Shown: piece by piece, positions 35,476 to 48,648 of the stretch
Numbering within the stretch: position 1 is the stretch's first letter
Layout of the letters: every line of letters begins with the position of its first letter
NCBI RefSeq assembly: GCF_018350175.1
Contig: NC_058381.1
Span: 21,638,001-21,702,000, forward strand
Direction of reading: 5' to 3'
Source of the DNA: Felis catus
Lineage: Eukaryota
DNA: 64,000 bases
Notes under the pieces: model-generated
Seen by the model: the letters and a program-made list of their open reading frames with translations, nothing else
Database searches by the model: none
Told to the model about the DNA's origin: nothing
Translations under genes and position numbers: made by a program

Positions 35476-35944
35476 TCTGTGCCGCCCAATATGGTAGCCG
35501 CTGGCCACCCTGAGAAACTGAAATATGGTTGATGTGACTGCGTATCTGAATTTTAAATTGTATTTAATTTTAATCGATTTACATTTAAATTAAAACTGAT
35601 ACTAAATTCACTTACTGGAAGACCTTTACGTATGTATGGAACAAGGCTGTAGTGAACCTAGTTTTTCAACTGTGACTTTTATGAAATCTACATGCGGAGC
35701 AAGTATTCCACTGATAACTGGGATGAACTGTATGTAGAAAACATACACCAGATTTTGAAGACTTACTGCTATCTCATTAACAGTTTTTGTGTTGATTACA
35801 TGTTGAAATATTGTAGATAGTCTGGATTAAATAAAAGATATTATTAAAGTAATTCCACTTGTTTCCTTTTACATCACTTCCACGTGGCTAGTGGAAAACA
35901 AAATTATGTATGTGGCGACATTATGTTTCTACTAGCCATCACTG
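35476..35944. mobile_element. Charlie1-derived non-autonomous hAT element (Charlie1b/MER33-like)
   Basis: CCAATATGGTAGCCGCTGGCCAC...AAACATACACCAGATTTTGAAGACTTA...TTGATTACATGTTGAAAT...TATTATTAAAGTAATT.CAC.TGTTTC.TTTTAC. Confidence 0.8.
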
Positions 35945-36989
35945 ATGTGGCCTACTAAAACAGCCTTAAATCTAGACTCCAGTCCGCCCCTAAGCTGGGG
36001 ACAATAGTTCTGCCTGGAGTTCCACACTGGGGAACCTGAGCCAAAGCTTCAGACGAATAAAGCATGTACTTGCGCTGACTCTGTTCCCTTGCCTCTGTGT
36101 ACACATTTCCCTTGGGGACCCTGTGGGAAGGTGTGACTGGGTGAGTTTGCGAGACCTAGATGGTCCTGGGTCTCTCTGTGAAGTATGATCCTGATATCAG
36201 CTCTTTAAAAGCTCACTGTCCTCTTACACACATCACTTACCCTCTGCTGAATGTGTCTAATCTTTATTCTCCCACCGCCCCACCTTTTAGACATCTACGA
36301 TATCTCTCGGGCTAACTGCCTGCAGAGAAAAGGAGTTCTCCATGCTACTGGTCCCAAAGGTATCTTCTTCTATGGGGGGGTCTTCTCATCCCAGCCCTGC
36401 CAGCTTCGTGGGTCTAACCCAACCTCTCAACCTTTTACAGAGCCAAGGCTTGGCTCATTTCTATCTCAGGCCTTCTGGACCAGGTGTCCTGATAGGCCCA
36501 TGAAGCTGTGTTTGGGCCTGACCACATGGCCATTCCCAGTAAAAGCTCATGCAACCAAGGGGACGGGCAGGAGGCAGGTGCTGCAGTAAGTCAAACAAAG
36601 AGCAGAACAGCCAAGCTTGGGTCCCAAGCGCAATTTGCACAAGGCTCTGTGATATTTAACCAACTGTGGAAAGAGATTAATATTTCCCCCCCTATATCAC
36701 CAAGTCAGGTCTGAAACATATCCATCAGCAAACTCATTTCCTCCTCAGGATTACTGGCAACTGTTTTTGCTTGCTTACTGAAAAGCAGTGGCAGCCCTGA
36801 TGGAGTCCATGTATGTTCTTTAGCTACTGGGAAAAAATCCTTAGAGGTCACTAATCCAACCACTGCATTTCTCAGTGAGGGAACCAGAAGCCTGCAAAGT
36901 AAAGAGTGACCCCTTTCAGCTTCGAGGTCACGAGACACTACGGTACCAGTCCTCCAGTTTAGCTAGGAAGGTGGTTACATGTAGAGGAC

Positions 36990-37215
36990 ATCTCGTAGGA
37001 TTTAGAAAGAGATATGGCTTGATCCTGGCTTGCCTACTTAATGACCAGGTGTTTCTGACCAAGATGCCTCTTCCCTAAGCCTTGGTTTGGACTCTGAAAC
37101 TGGGAATGATAATGTCTATTTCCTGGATTGGTTTGCAAGAACACGGAAGCTGATGTGTAGCAAATGCTATCCTCAGAGCTATTATAATAAGGCCCAGAAT
37201 ATGTTAGTTATTGCC
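36990..37215 (+). mobile_element. MIR
   Basis: TCCTGGCT..CCTACTTA...AAGCCTTGGTTT..CTGAAACTGGGAATGATAAT. Confidence 0.6.
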
Positions 37216-39104
37216 TTACGAGCTTCTGAAAAATTAAAAACCTATGAACTCCCAATCATCTTTTATTTTATTTCAGTACATCACCGGGACAAATCCTTCT
37301 GGATTTCTCACCCTTGTCTCTTTCTGACATCCCTTGTTGGGATTTCTGAATCCCACATTCAACGTTATTCTTTGGATTGGTGAGGACGGGGGGGAGAGGA
37401 CCCTAAGTCCTGCGCTGATCAAAAGCTGTGTTCACTCTTGCTTCCTTCTGACTCTCGTCCCCATTAAATACAGGGCAGGAAGAAGCAGACATGGCACGTT
37501 CACGTGGGGCACTGTTAAGCCAACCAAACAGCCGGGGATACGGCGATGAGTGGACAGTAGATCTTCACAGATTTACGCAAAGTTGGGGAAATTTTAAGTC
37601 CCATCCCCTGGATCATGGCGGCAAAGTCTTGCCACTCTCCTAAAACCACAGGGATCACTTAGTTGCAAGCAGCGTGCTGGAAAGTGGAGGACTGTATTCA
37701 TAAATTTGGTTTTAGATTTCCAACCATTAAAGTGGCAGACGGGCACTCACTAGGAAAGCTGGCGCCTGTTTTTATCTTTGACGTTCACCTCGGTGGAGAA
37801 GTGTCTTCACGCAGAGGGTCTGCAGAGCGTGGACAGGATACGCAAGCTCAATTCTAGAATCTACCAGTGACTTTCTCTGTGACCTCGGGGAAATGCTGGC
37901 TGGGTATCTCAGAGACATGGGAAGGGAGCTAACGCTATTGGCCCTTGACTCCTCGGCTTGTCCAGCAGCAGAGGCTTTAGTCCAGCTTCTCATCAAGGGT
38001 TAACTAACTTGCCCAATCGCAAAGGGCTAGTAGGTGGCCTAACAAGGAGGGCAATTTAACCCAAGTCTCCCATCCCCTGAATCCCACCACACCCACCTCA
38101 TTATGGCATGCTATATCTGCAGAAGGCAACGTCCAGAAAGCCCTAGACAAATGACCACGGGATCTCATGGACCCAGACGGGGTTTAAAGACATAGAGTCA
38201 AGGTGACTTTGGAAGCAGATGTGTATCTGGAGTCTAGATTCAAATGGGTGCCTCAGAGCCCATGCCCCAAAGAACCTGCCTACCTCTCCACCCCCATGCT
38301 CTTAAAGACTATCAGTGGGTCCCAGCCTGCAACCATGTCCCTGAGCAGGGACAGCAGGCTGCGTCACCACCTTATGCTCGATGCCTTATGCTGATTAGGA
38401 CTGGCCACACTTCTTTTGTTGGTTCATTTATATGTGATTTCTGTTTCTTTATCCGCCTGACTTTTCATCTGTACGTTGCAGACGCTGGACTACGGGGATG
38501 AACACCCCATAGTCCCAGACCCCTCCTGGGGTGGGTAGAAGCAGAGCATCTCAATACTCAATCCACTCTCTTTTCCAGGCTCAAGCACTTGAAGGTTTTC
38601 CACTGCTGGCTGTGAAGGACTTCATCGCGCCTCGAGCTCCACCCCATGCCCTCAGGCTTGCTCTAGGTCCTTTCTGTTGGTTTATTTGGCCTCTGATCCG
38701 TTATAGCTGCCCTGATATTTATATCCTGTGGATGTGCCATTCTTCTCCGGGTCTGCCTTCTCCCCCCAGCTCCCCTGACAGCTGCAGGGGCCTGAAAGCA
38801 AGGTGAGCGAGGTATTCCAAACCCAGGCAGTCAGATATGACGCAGTCAGTCAGAATGAGGATATGGCCCCAAACTGTGCTACAGAAACCAGAGAAGACAC
38901 AGAAATTGTGAGGAAACGTCTGTGGATAACAGAAGGGCCAGGAGGGTACGGTTTCCCTGGATTAGAGGTCTCGGGACTGCAGAATGACCATTTGAGACAA
39001 AGGTAGTATTGTGGGCCCCGAATGCCCAGGCAAGCCTATGTACTAAGGTTGGGGCATTTATTGAGATCGAGTTGACAGCACAGTTTTCCATTTGGGGCCA
39101 GAGG

Positions 39105-39285
39105 CTACTTGCCTTTGGACAAATTACACCACCTCCTTGTCATTCCCCCACTGGTAGATGACAAGAATAGTGAGTCATACTTTCCCACGGCGTTGTGGAG
39201 AGCACTGAACAAGATGGTACATGCAGAGGGAGGAACACGAGGCCCAGCACACAGCGAGTCCTCAAGAAACACCTGCTGTTGTCGT
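39105..39285 (+). mobile_element. MIR fragment
   Basis: CTTTGGACAAATTAC...GTTGTGGAGAGCACTGAACAAGATG.TACATG...CCCAGCACACAG. Confidence 0.55.
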
Positions 39286-42124
39286 TCTGTGGTTCTGGAA
39301 CGAATCGCGTCATCTGCCATGTGTTCTTATTCCTTTGCCATTTCCCTGCCTGCATCCCTTGCTTCCTTGCCCGTAAAGTGTGGCCATAAAACCATGCAGT
39401 GAAAAGGTCCTAGTCTTGTCCCTAGAGGCAGCAAGGTGCTTAAATCATCTGAGCAGGGAAGACGGGGTGACAGGAGCCCAAAGCAATAACAGGATGGACT
39501 GTTGGGGGCGCGTGCCTGAAAAGGGAGTGATCCCTGAGTGTGCTGGACGGAAGAAAGAAGATACGTGGGATCTCCTCTGAGCCAGAGGAGGAGGGTTAGG
39601 GTTCCCTGCCCAAAGGAGACCCTGACCAAGGCCGTTAGACACTCTGACCAGGACGCTGCTTGTGTTTTCAGCGCTTCATGCACGTACCTCGCTATTTCCA
39701 GCCTCCACCGCTATAGCTAATTAAGGCAAGAGAAGACTCTGCCCTGCCCTAGAAGGTTCTCAACTTGCTATGTTTGGCCGTTCGCCACCGCTTCCCCTCA
39801 TTCTACACCCGCTTCATAATCTCAGCATGGGTTTTCGGGAAATTCGCAAGTGTTTAAAGGCCTCAGAAGGCTGAAACGCTAAGGTGCCTTTAAGACTGTC
39901 AAATCTAGGAAGGAAAGAACCACAAAAGAAAATTCCCTTCTACTGTTTCATCCCCCACAGCAGCTGTATCTAAGTGTACTAACAAAATGTAATCCTGAGG
40001 ACATGCTGTATTCCTTTAAAAGATTTCTAAGGTGAATTTCAGTTGTGTTCTCCACTTCAGTAATAGATATATCTAATTAAATACTTGAAAGTCCATTTAA
40101 TTTTTAATTCGGGAAGTCATTCACGGTGGAGGCAATTTAAACAACTCAGGAAAAACCTCAAACCCCAACAAAATTCCATTAACTACGTGGATGCCTTAAT
40201 GGTACATTTAACTAATGTTGAATTATGATGAGTCCCCGTAGAGGTACCTATGCAGTGTATCAATTCCCTTTTGGGGAATCCAAGCTTTTAGCTTTTAATG
40301 ATCAGTGCAGTTGATTAGATTGACACAGTGGCAGTGATCAAGGTTACCTTTTATAGTTCACTCCTCCGAAGAAGAACATTTCCTCTGGCCTTCCCTTGAA
40401 ATTCAGTGATCCCGTAGACCTTACATGAGAGTGACTCTCAGAATCTTCCTATGTATTTGTCACCTTCACTGCATGTGCGCAGGGCATGGAGACATCCCCG
40501 TGGGAGTGAGGCATGACTGGGGGCTGCTGCAAATGTGGTTCTCAAGCTGGGGCCACAACATTTGTCTCAAGCCAATGGTCCACCAACCACATGCAGGGTT
40601 CAGAGATCTTGGCTTGAATTCCTTCATGAGGGTCCCCTTTCCTTTTCCCAGAGATAGATTCATGGGGCTGGAGGGACAATGGGGGTCATGTAGCTCAAAG
40701 CACTCATTTGATCAGTGAGGAAACAGACCCAGAGAGGGCAGATGGCCAGGAGGAAAGGAGGGGCCAAAGCACAGGTGTTCCACTTTTCCTTCATGTTCTC
40801 TTACCACCTTCCCCTACCTTTGCCATGCCCCTGAGCACCAAGGAGAGTGCAGACTGGACCAGCCCTTATGATTCATGTCCTAGGGGAAGAGGAGGAGAAA
40901 GACAGAGCGGAAAGGGAGATAAATCACTAAAAGGAAAATTCCATCCTCAAAGATTGCCGTGATGAACTTAATGGAGAAGCAGAACAAACACACTTGAAGC
41001 AATTAGGAGAAAATTATAAGACAATATATAATTAGGTGCTAAATTATGTGGCACAGAAAATGGAGAAAGCTTTATGTATTGCAGTAGCCTGAAAGCCTTT
41101 GTACAGGGGTTGGATACATAAGTGGCTTTGAATCATGTGGATTATTGAAGGGATGGGTTTCTTTTCTCTGTGTTATAAAGGATATGAATATTTAATGTGG
41201 CTCTGGAGTCATGCAGCCCTGACAAACTTATTGAAATTCTATAAGCCTCAGTTTCCTTATCTATGAAATGGGAATAAGACGCCATTGCTGGTGTGGGTTT
41301 GCCTAAATAGGAAATAATCGCAACTGAAGGTGCGAAATTGAGCTCCTTACATCAAGAACAGAAGACAGGGGGTCAAGGGCTGCCTGTTCGCTAGTATTTA
41401 CTTTAGTCCCATAGGACCAAGTCCTGCTTCAACCCAAATACCCTTATCCGTTAAGCAAGAACACCCGTGTGACAACCTACTGCAGATTTCTTGTTATCTG
41501 ATGATCTGTAGTCCTCTCCTACCCTCTTTGTCTACAGATAAGGTTATGCAACGTGGATATGGCTTTGGTCCACTAAAGCTCACCTTACGAGGTGGGGCGG
41601 TAGATTTAACTTACATCACTGGCGTCACAATATGAAAAGAACTCAAGTCCATCTGGAAACCTTTTAGGGCTCATGGGCAGGTGTTGTACCACGACAGAAA
41701 TACGTAAGGAAGAGGTCAGCTTGTTGCAGGAGGTGTCCAAGGAGAATACGCAAATGACTGATGAAGCAAGGCATTTTCTCCCGACGCCTCTTAGCGTGGA
41801 ATGTGAGAGCGGAGACGAACTTGGTGTGAAGTACGGAACAATGACATCAGAGACCATGAACCGGAAACAGAGGGTGACACATTACCATGCTGCTTACATA
41901 TGTAATGATGAAGTACATTCCTTTCAGCCCCCTGCCTTGGGATGCCTCATTGCCCACTCCCGATGAGAGGGGAACAATGCCAAGAACAAAGATCCTGAAG
42001 ATTTGAACAGTTGGACTAACCTTGATCTTCTCAGAGCTCAGGGCTCCCAAGGAACATTGGCTACTCAAAATAAGGGAGAAGGATTCTAGTAGAGGAAGCA
42101 CCTATTTTTAAAGTCATGGTAATG

Positions 42125-42325
42125 GGGGTGCCTGGATGGCTCAATCGGTTGAGCAGCCGACTTTGGCTCAGGTCATGATCTTGCGGTTCTTGGGTTCGAG
42201 CCCCATGTCGGGCTCTGTGCTGACAGCTAGGAGCCTGGAGCGGAATCTGTGTGTCTCTCTCTCTGCCCCTCCCCTGCTCATGCTCTCTCTCTCTCTCTCT
42301 TAAAAGCAAATAAACATTAAAAAAT
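42125..42325 (+). mobile_element. Can-SINE
   Basis: TSD AAAGTCATGGTAATG / AAAGTCATTGTAATG (42110-42124 / 42326-42340). Confidence 0.95.
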
Positions 42326-42592
42326 AAAGTCATTGTAATGGCTAAATGAATAGGAATCAAAGGGTCTGTCTTTGAGCCTGGAATACAGCAGGTATGCAAA
42401 AAAGTAGCTAATCTCTTCCCCGGACGGAAGTTTTCTGAGATGGATGTGATTGAGTTAAACGAGGATGAACTACAACCACCACCAGTTTCCACTGATAGCT
42501 TGACCCTGCCTGTGACTTCAGGGCCACACATTAAAGAGAAGGGCCTTGCCTGGGAAGGAGACACCACATGGTCAAGAAAAGGATGGGGTTTA

Positions 42593-42761
42593 GGGGCGCC
42601 TGGGTGGCTCAGTCGGTTAAGCGTCTGACTTTGGCTCAGGTCATGATCTCATAGTTTGTGAGTTCGAGCCCTGCTTTAGGCTCTGCGCTGACAGCCCGGA
42701 GCCCGGAGCCTGGAGCCTGCTTTGGATTCTGTGTCTCACTCTCCTTCTCTGCCCCTCCCCT

Positions 42762-42798
<37 letters not shown>

Positions 42799-42823
42799 AA
42801 TAAATAAATGTTAAAAATCTTTA
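42593..42823 (+). mobile_element. Can-SINE with an extra GCCCGGA unit and expanded (CT)n
   Basis: 19-bp TSD AAGAAAAG(G/T)ATGGGGTTTA (42574-42592 / 42824-42842). Confidence 0.96.
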
Positions 42824-43529
42824 AAGAAAAGTATGGGGTTTAACAGTGAGGAGAAGGTAGATTAGATTCCCTTTCAATTATTTTTTTTTTTTTAAGGCAG
42901 AAAGATCTGAGTTTATGCAAACTGTGTAAGAAATGGTCAGGTAGCCAGAAGAGGAGTCCATTGTAGGGTTCTGAAAATGCTGACTCTTTTCCTTCCTGGT
43001 TAGTGGGTTCCCCGCTGTCTGTTCCCACTATGACCAATAGGGGGAAAAATCCCCAAATACGAAGCTTCGCTTATTCTCAGAGATGGTACAGATGGGGAGA
43101 TAGCTGATACTGCCGTGTCCCGGGCTGCCTTACAATCATCTGGAGGAGAGAGCCTCTTGAGTAGGAAGCGCAGCCAAACAGAAGCCTGAGAGCAGGTGGA
43201 ACCCCTGGGGCCGTGGGGAAGACTGGGAACAGACCCCAGTATAATTGCTTGGAGGCAGGGCATCATGTGAAACATTTTTACTCAGAGCTGTTCATTGATT
43301 TTTTTTTTTAATCTATAGAAACATAATCATCTTAGAATTAGAGAATATCGTGTAGCATCTTTCAACTCAGAGCAGAAATCTGTTCTCTAGAATCACTGGA
43401 AGGGAGGGGGATTCTGCTTAAATAGATCAAAAAAAAAAAAAAAAAAAAGGATTTCAGTGTATTCATAGGCAGCTCTTCCTATAATTGACTTTTTAAGAAA
43501 TTCTATCTCATTTGTTAAAAAGCTCCACT

Positions 43530-43742
43530 TTTTTTAAAAAAAAAAAGTTTATTTTTTGAGAGAGAGAGAGAGAGAGAGCAAGTGAGCAGAGGAGGGGCAG
43601 CGAGAGAGAGGGGGACAGAGGATCCGAAGCAGGCTCTGTGTTCTCAGCTCGGGGCCCTATGCGGGGCTAGAACTCATGAAGCGCGAGATCATGACCTGAG
43701 CTGAAGTCAGATGCTTAACCCACTATGCCACCCAGGCACACC
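43530..43742 (-). mobile_element. Can-SINE (older)
   Basis: complete element on the minus strand; degenerate flanks AAAAGCTCCACTTT / AAAAGTTTTCCTTT. Confidence 0.93.
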
Positions 43743-43758
43743 AAAAGTTTTCCTTTAT

Positions 43759-43991
43759 TTATTTATTTATTTTTAAATTTTTTTTTTTCAACGTTTATTT
43801 ATTTTTGGGACAGAGAGAGACAGAGCATGAACGGGGGAGGGGCAGAGAGAGAGGGAGACACAGAATCGGAAACAGGCTCTAGGCTCTGAGCCATCAGCCC
43901 AGAGCCCGACGCGGGGCTCGAACTCACGGACCGCGAGATCGTGACCTGGCTGAAGTCGGACGCTTAACCGACTGCGCCACCCAGGCTCCCC
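43759..43991 (-). mobile_element. young feline SINE (SINEC_Fc-like)
   Basis: same diagnostic positions as the 32973 copy; perfect 16-bp TSD AAAAGTTTTCCTTTAT (43743-43758 / 43992-44007). Confidence 0.98.
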
Positions 43992-46900
43992 AAAAGTTTT
44001 CCTTTATATTAAGCTGAAAACTTACCCCTGCCAATTTTATCTTGGCTGGTAGCTAAGGTCTACAACATGATGACTTATCCAAACATAAATATTCCATATT
44101 GCCATTTCTTTAGTAACTTCTAATTGCTGGTCTCAAGTCTTGTTTCGAGAGCTATTCTCTCGAAGTGGGGTGACCCTCTCTCCTTGGCATCAACTTTCTC
44201 TCCTCCCTTTTGCCCCCTTTTTTTTTTGTCAAAATAAAACAAGGCCCTTTAACCTATTCTTGGCATGAAAATGATGGGGAAATGAGTCCCAGTTGGGCTT
44301 GCCCGCAATCATGTGGCCCTCCCTTCTTTAACAGCTAAGCATCTAGGAGTGTCATCTTTTCTTATGGAATCTCCCTGGTGGTGGTATTTGCATTTCAAAA
44401 GTAAGTGCTTAGGAATGTGGCTGTCCTTTTGAGAAAATACTAATGATCCTGTATTTACATTTGAGTATAAATTATGTTGCCCCTCTCTTCCCCCATAGTC
44501 TGGAGTTTTGGGGCCCTGTTTCACTACCCACACAGGAGATGGAAATAGGTTTGTGAGCGAGCTGCCCGAGCATCCCTCCTGGCCTCTCTAGTGGATTCAG
44601 CGTCTCCTCCAGCATCAGGGAAGTTCCCTCACATCCGCTGACTCCCCGCTTTGGTTCAAGCTTGGTGTTAAGTTCAGAGCCACCCTTCCCTTGAGGCGCT
44701 TTCGGTCATTTCTATTCCTTTGGAAGAGAACATCACTGGGCAGACTCCTAACGTTGTTAATTTTTGAATCTTTCTCTGACCCAAAGTGAAAAAGTGCTCC
44801 AGGGAAAGTTTCAGTCAAAGACATTTCTGCTCGCTGATTTAATTCAGGAGCTGTCAGTGTTTACGCATATGCGGGCACTTAGCTACATTTGCATCCACAT
44901 CAGACTCCTCCCTGCTGACAGCAGGCCTGTCTCTTGGAGGGGACAGATGTAATTATCCTTTTGCAAGTGCAAGGCACACTGTCAGGATTTTGCTCTGGAA
45001 GAGAGAAAAGACCCAGAAAATGAGCCCAAAGAGGAGACTCCATGTTCTGTTGAACTTAGAAAGCTCCTTGGGAGCAGGCCCTTCCCAGCCTCATTTTTCT
45101 GTCCTTTTCCATTCTGCCCTCTCTTCGCTTGTCCCCAAAGCGTCCTTGTGGAGAAGGGAGGAAGAGGGGATGAAAGGCATGAAGGTCCCCTGTAGTTAAC
45201 AAAAAGGGGAAAACTGGAGCTACTTTTTATCATCTCAACTCCCCTCCAGATACCTGTTTCTGGCCTTAAAAGATGAAGGAGGATCTACGTGGCTGGTTAA
45301 GCATTTTGTCCTTGTACCCTCCCTAGATGCAGAAATAACATAATCAAGTTTTGACCTACATACACTAGCTAAGTTTTATCAAAATATGGCTGGTTTTGTG
45401 AGTGGCAGGAGAGACGGGTCCTCCACAATTCCTGTCATCTCACATGACCCAGGAAAATCTAGACGTTCATAGAACCACATCCCGAATCAGTCACAGCAGG
45501 CAGGGGATCTCAGCGTGTTCATAACACTGAACCCAAAAGCAAGCCTGTGGTCGACCAGAAAGCCGAATGAGACACAGCCCTCTGGACAACAGCTGTTGTA
45601 GGCACTGGAGTGCCCCACTGGCAGCAAGATGGAGACTGCATAGGAGGGGTTGAATGCTATCAAAATCACCCTTTTTACACCCAGCTTAGGAGTCCAGAGC
45701 CAGCCAGTAAGCTGCTGCAAAGCCCCAAATCTTCAGCATCAGCCAGACATTACCACTGATGCATTGGTTACCTTTAAAAAGTGCTATGTGGATACCTACT
45801 CATAAAAAAAAAAAAACAACCCTAAAGATGAAATTAAACATGTTTTTGCCACATTAACCAGTAGCCCCAATTTCTGGAATGTATCTGCTCCAGTTCAATA
45901 CATATAAATCTATTCCAGAGAATAGATTGTGAAATATACACCAGAGAAAGTCTTGTGCAGGTTCTTTGGAAGGCAGGCACAAAATTTTCTTGGGAGAGTT
46001 GATAGCTACAGTGAGGAGTCAGAGCCAATCTAGGCATCCATCGTTAGCATATGGGCAAGTAAGAAAAGGTAAATAGATATTAAGGAGTATTACATAGTAG
46101 TTGGAAGAAGCTGGCTTCAATATAACACGTCTTCATCTGTGTGTGTATGTGTGTGCACGCGCGTGTGTACAAGGCTCAGATGCCAGTGCCACAGGAACTA
46201 GGTACCCTCTATCAAATGGCATGGTAATGAAGTTAGTCACAAACAACATGATGAAAGGTGGAAAACAAGCCGACCAGGAGTAAGTCTTGACTCTTGCTCT
46301 CTGAGATTTGGTTTCTTCATCTACAAAGCGAAGAGCCTAGTACCATTTCCCAGGCTTAGGGATGGTTCATGATAAACCACCGCATGTAGGCCTGGCTGAG
46401 AAATTTGAGGTGTTTGCCACCCCTGCACAGGCCAGACTCATTCTTGCTATAGTAGTATAGTCTGCCGCCAGCACCGGTCCCTGCACTGTTCAGATCCCAG
46501 TCACTAGCCGTCTCCCTCAAAGCCCTCTCTAGGCGGAGGGGACTTCGTAGCAGAGCCAGGATATAGTGTTTGAGCAGCTGTCAGTGAAGAACCCATTATA
46601 CCTAGGAGAGCATCGAACTTCTACTCCAAATACCCTCTAGGCAGGTTTCCTTTTTGATGACTCTTCTATTAGAGATCTCTTCGAAGCCCATTAAATCAGG
46701 TCGAAGCCCAGTTACTGGTTTTTGACGGGTTCTGTTGCAAATGGTTCTTCTCTCACGTGAACCAAGATAGACGCCAGTTCAACCACACCCTTCTCATCAC
46801 TGGAGGGCTGTGCAGGGCCATCCTGTAGGGGAAGGGAAGTCTCTTTCCCCTGTGGTGACTTGGCAAATCAGCCAGATTTAACCTTAACACGGGAGAAAGG

Positions 46901-47379
46901 AATGAAAGGAAATGAACCCCCAAAGCCCTACCGTTCCAGGCATCAGGTAACCAATGATATGTGTTTATGTTACTTTAGAAAGATATAAAATGACACCATT
47001 TCTATCTTTTCTCACTGCAACAAATTCATCTTTGCCCCAAGAGAGTGCTGTCACTGTCCCTTGGGTGAACTAGACTATCATCTTTCCCAGAGACTTTAGA
47101 AGCTTCTGAGAGCCCTGCTATGCCCCCGCATTGTTCTGTCCGTCCCACGGCCACAGGAAGAACTCTGAAAGACCCCACCCAGGCCAGTTTTCCAAATCAA
47201 TAAAGAGATACCTTTCTAGGTGCTTCCATTCACATTTTCAGCAAATATTCATCGAGTCCCCGCCATGTGCCAGACGCTGCAGGGTAACAATGATTAATGT
47301 GTGATCTCTGTTCTCACCGTGAGGCTCTAATTCTAGAGATCCCTTTCTTTCTCACGGGAACTGAGAACTGGTGCACCAT

Positions 47380-47830
47380 GATGGTTCCCGGTGTGGGCTC
47401 TGGGCCCACAAGGCCTGGCTTCCAGTCCTGTCTTGACCAGCTCCTGGCTGTGTGATCCCGGACACGTTACCTCATGGGTTAAAGGGAATTCACTGCTATG
47501 TTATCTCATATGCTGTGTCCAAGATCAAACAGGCTGACGGGGCGCCTGGGTGGCTCAGTTGGTTAAGTGTCCGACTTGGGCTCAGGTCATGATCTCGCGG
47601 TTTGTGAGTTCAAGCCCTGTGTCAGGCTCTGTGCTGACAGCTCAGAGCCCGGAGCCTGCTTTGGATTCTGTGTCTCCCTCTCTCTTTGCCCCTCCCCCAC
47701 TCATGCGCAAGCGCGCGCTCTCTTGCGCTCTCTCTCTCTCTCTTAAAAATAAAATAAACATTAAAAAAATAAGCTGAAACACACAAAGCACTCAGGACCA
47801 CGAGGCACGAGGTAGGCACTCAGTAATTTT
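47380..47830 (+). mobile_element. MIR interrupted by a Can-SINE
   Basis: GGCTCTGG...GGCTGTGTGATCC.GGACA.GTTAC upstream and AAAGCACTCAG..GGCACGAGGTAGGCACTCAGTAA downstream. Confidence 0.65.
47539..47767 (+). mobile_element. Can-SINE
   Basis: full element; flanks AAACAGGCTGA / AAATAAGCTGA. Confidence 0.95.
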
Positions 47831-48218
47831 ATCCCCCTGAATACATTCCACCAACACTCTCCCACTTTCAGGCCAATGTGTTTTATATCTCATGCATGTG
47901 AATTACGAACTCCAGCTATCAGTGCTTTATACAGATATTTATTTCTTTTCCATTAATTTATGTCTATAAATTGTGCTAAGCTCTAATTTTGTCAACTCTA
48001 AAAAGCCTTTTCTGACAAATCCCAGGTCATTTTAAGTGTTCTTTACCCCTCCCCCTTCTCCCTCTAGGTCCGCTCCACGCACACTTAGGTTTATACAACG
48101 TTGTCACCTCTGGGTTCAGAAAAGGCAAGTGACCAGCAAGAGATCACACAGCTAACTTCCCATGCTAGATGTTAGGGGTCAGATGCTGGTCTGTCTGATT
48201 TCAAATTCTGTGACTTCT

Positions 48219-48434
48219 GGGGCGCCTGGGTGGCTCAGTTGGTCAAGCATCTGACTTCGGCCCAGGTCATCATGACCCATTTCATGGGTTCAAGCCCCAT
48301 GTCGGGCTCTGTGCTGGCAGCTCAGAGCCTGGAGCCTGCTTTGGATTCTGTGTCTCCCCTCTCTCTGTGCCCCTCCCCCGCTCATGCTCTGTCTCTCTCT
48401 GTGTCTCAAAAGTGAATAAAGATTAAAAAAAATT
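48219..48434 (+). mobile_element. Can-SINE A of the triple cluster
   Basis: preceded by AAATTCTGTGACTTCT (48203-48218). Confidence 0.95.
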
Positions 48435-48648
48435 GGGGCGCCTGGGTGGCGCAGTCGGTTAAGCGTCCGACTTCACCCAGGTCACGATCTCCCGGTCCGT
48501 GAGCTCGAGCCCCGCGTCGGGCTCTGGGCTGATGGCTCAGAGCCTGGAGCCTGTTTCCGATTCTGTGTCTCCCTCTCTCTCTGCCCCTCCCCCGTTCATG
48601 CTCTGTCTCTCTCTGTCCGAAAAATAAATAAAAACGTTGGAAAAAAAA
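48435..48648 (+). mobile_element. young feline SINE B (SINEC_Fc-like), nested in the tail of A
   Basis: TSD AAAGATT(A8/A9)TT (48418-48434 / 48649-48666); young-subfamily diagnostics. Confidence 0.97.

Noticed and set aside
41673-41966. ATG-initiated 97-aa ORF; likewise 57556-57882 (108 aa)
   Set aside because: No recognisable homology or splice context, and the lengths are within chance expectation
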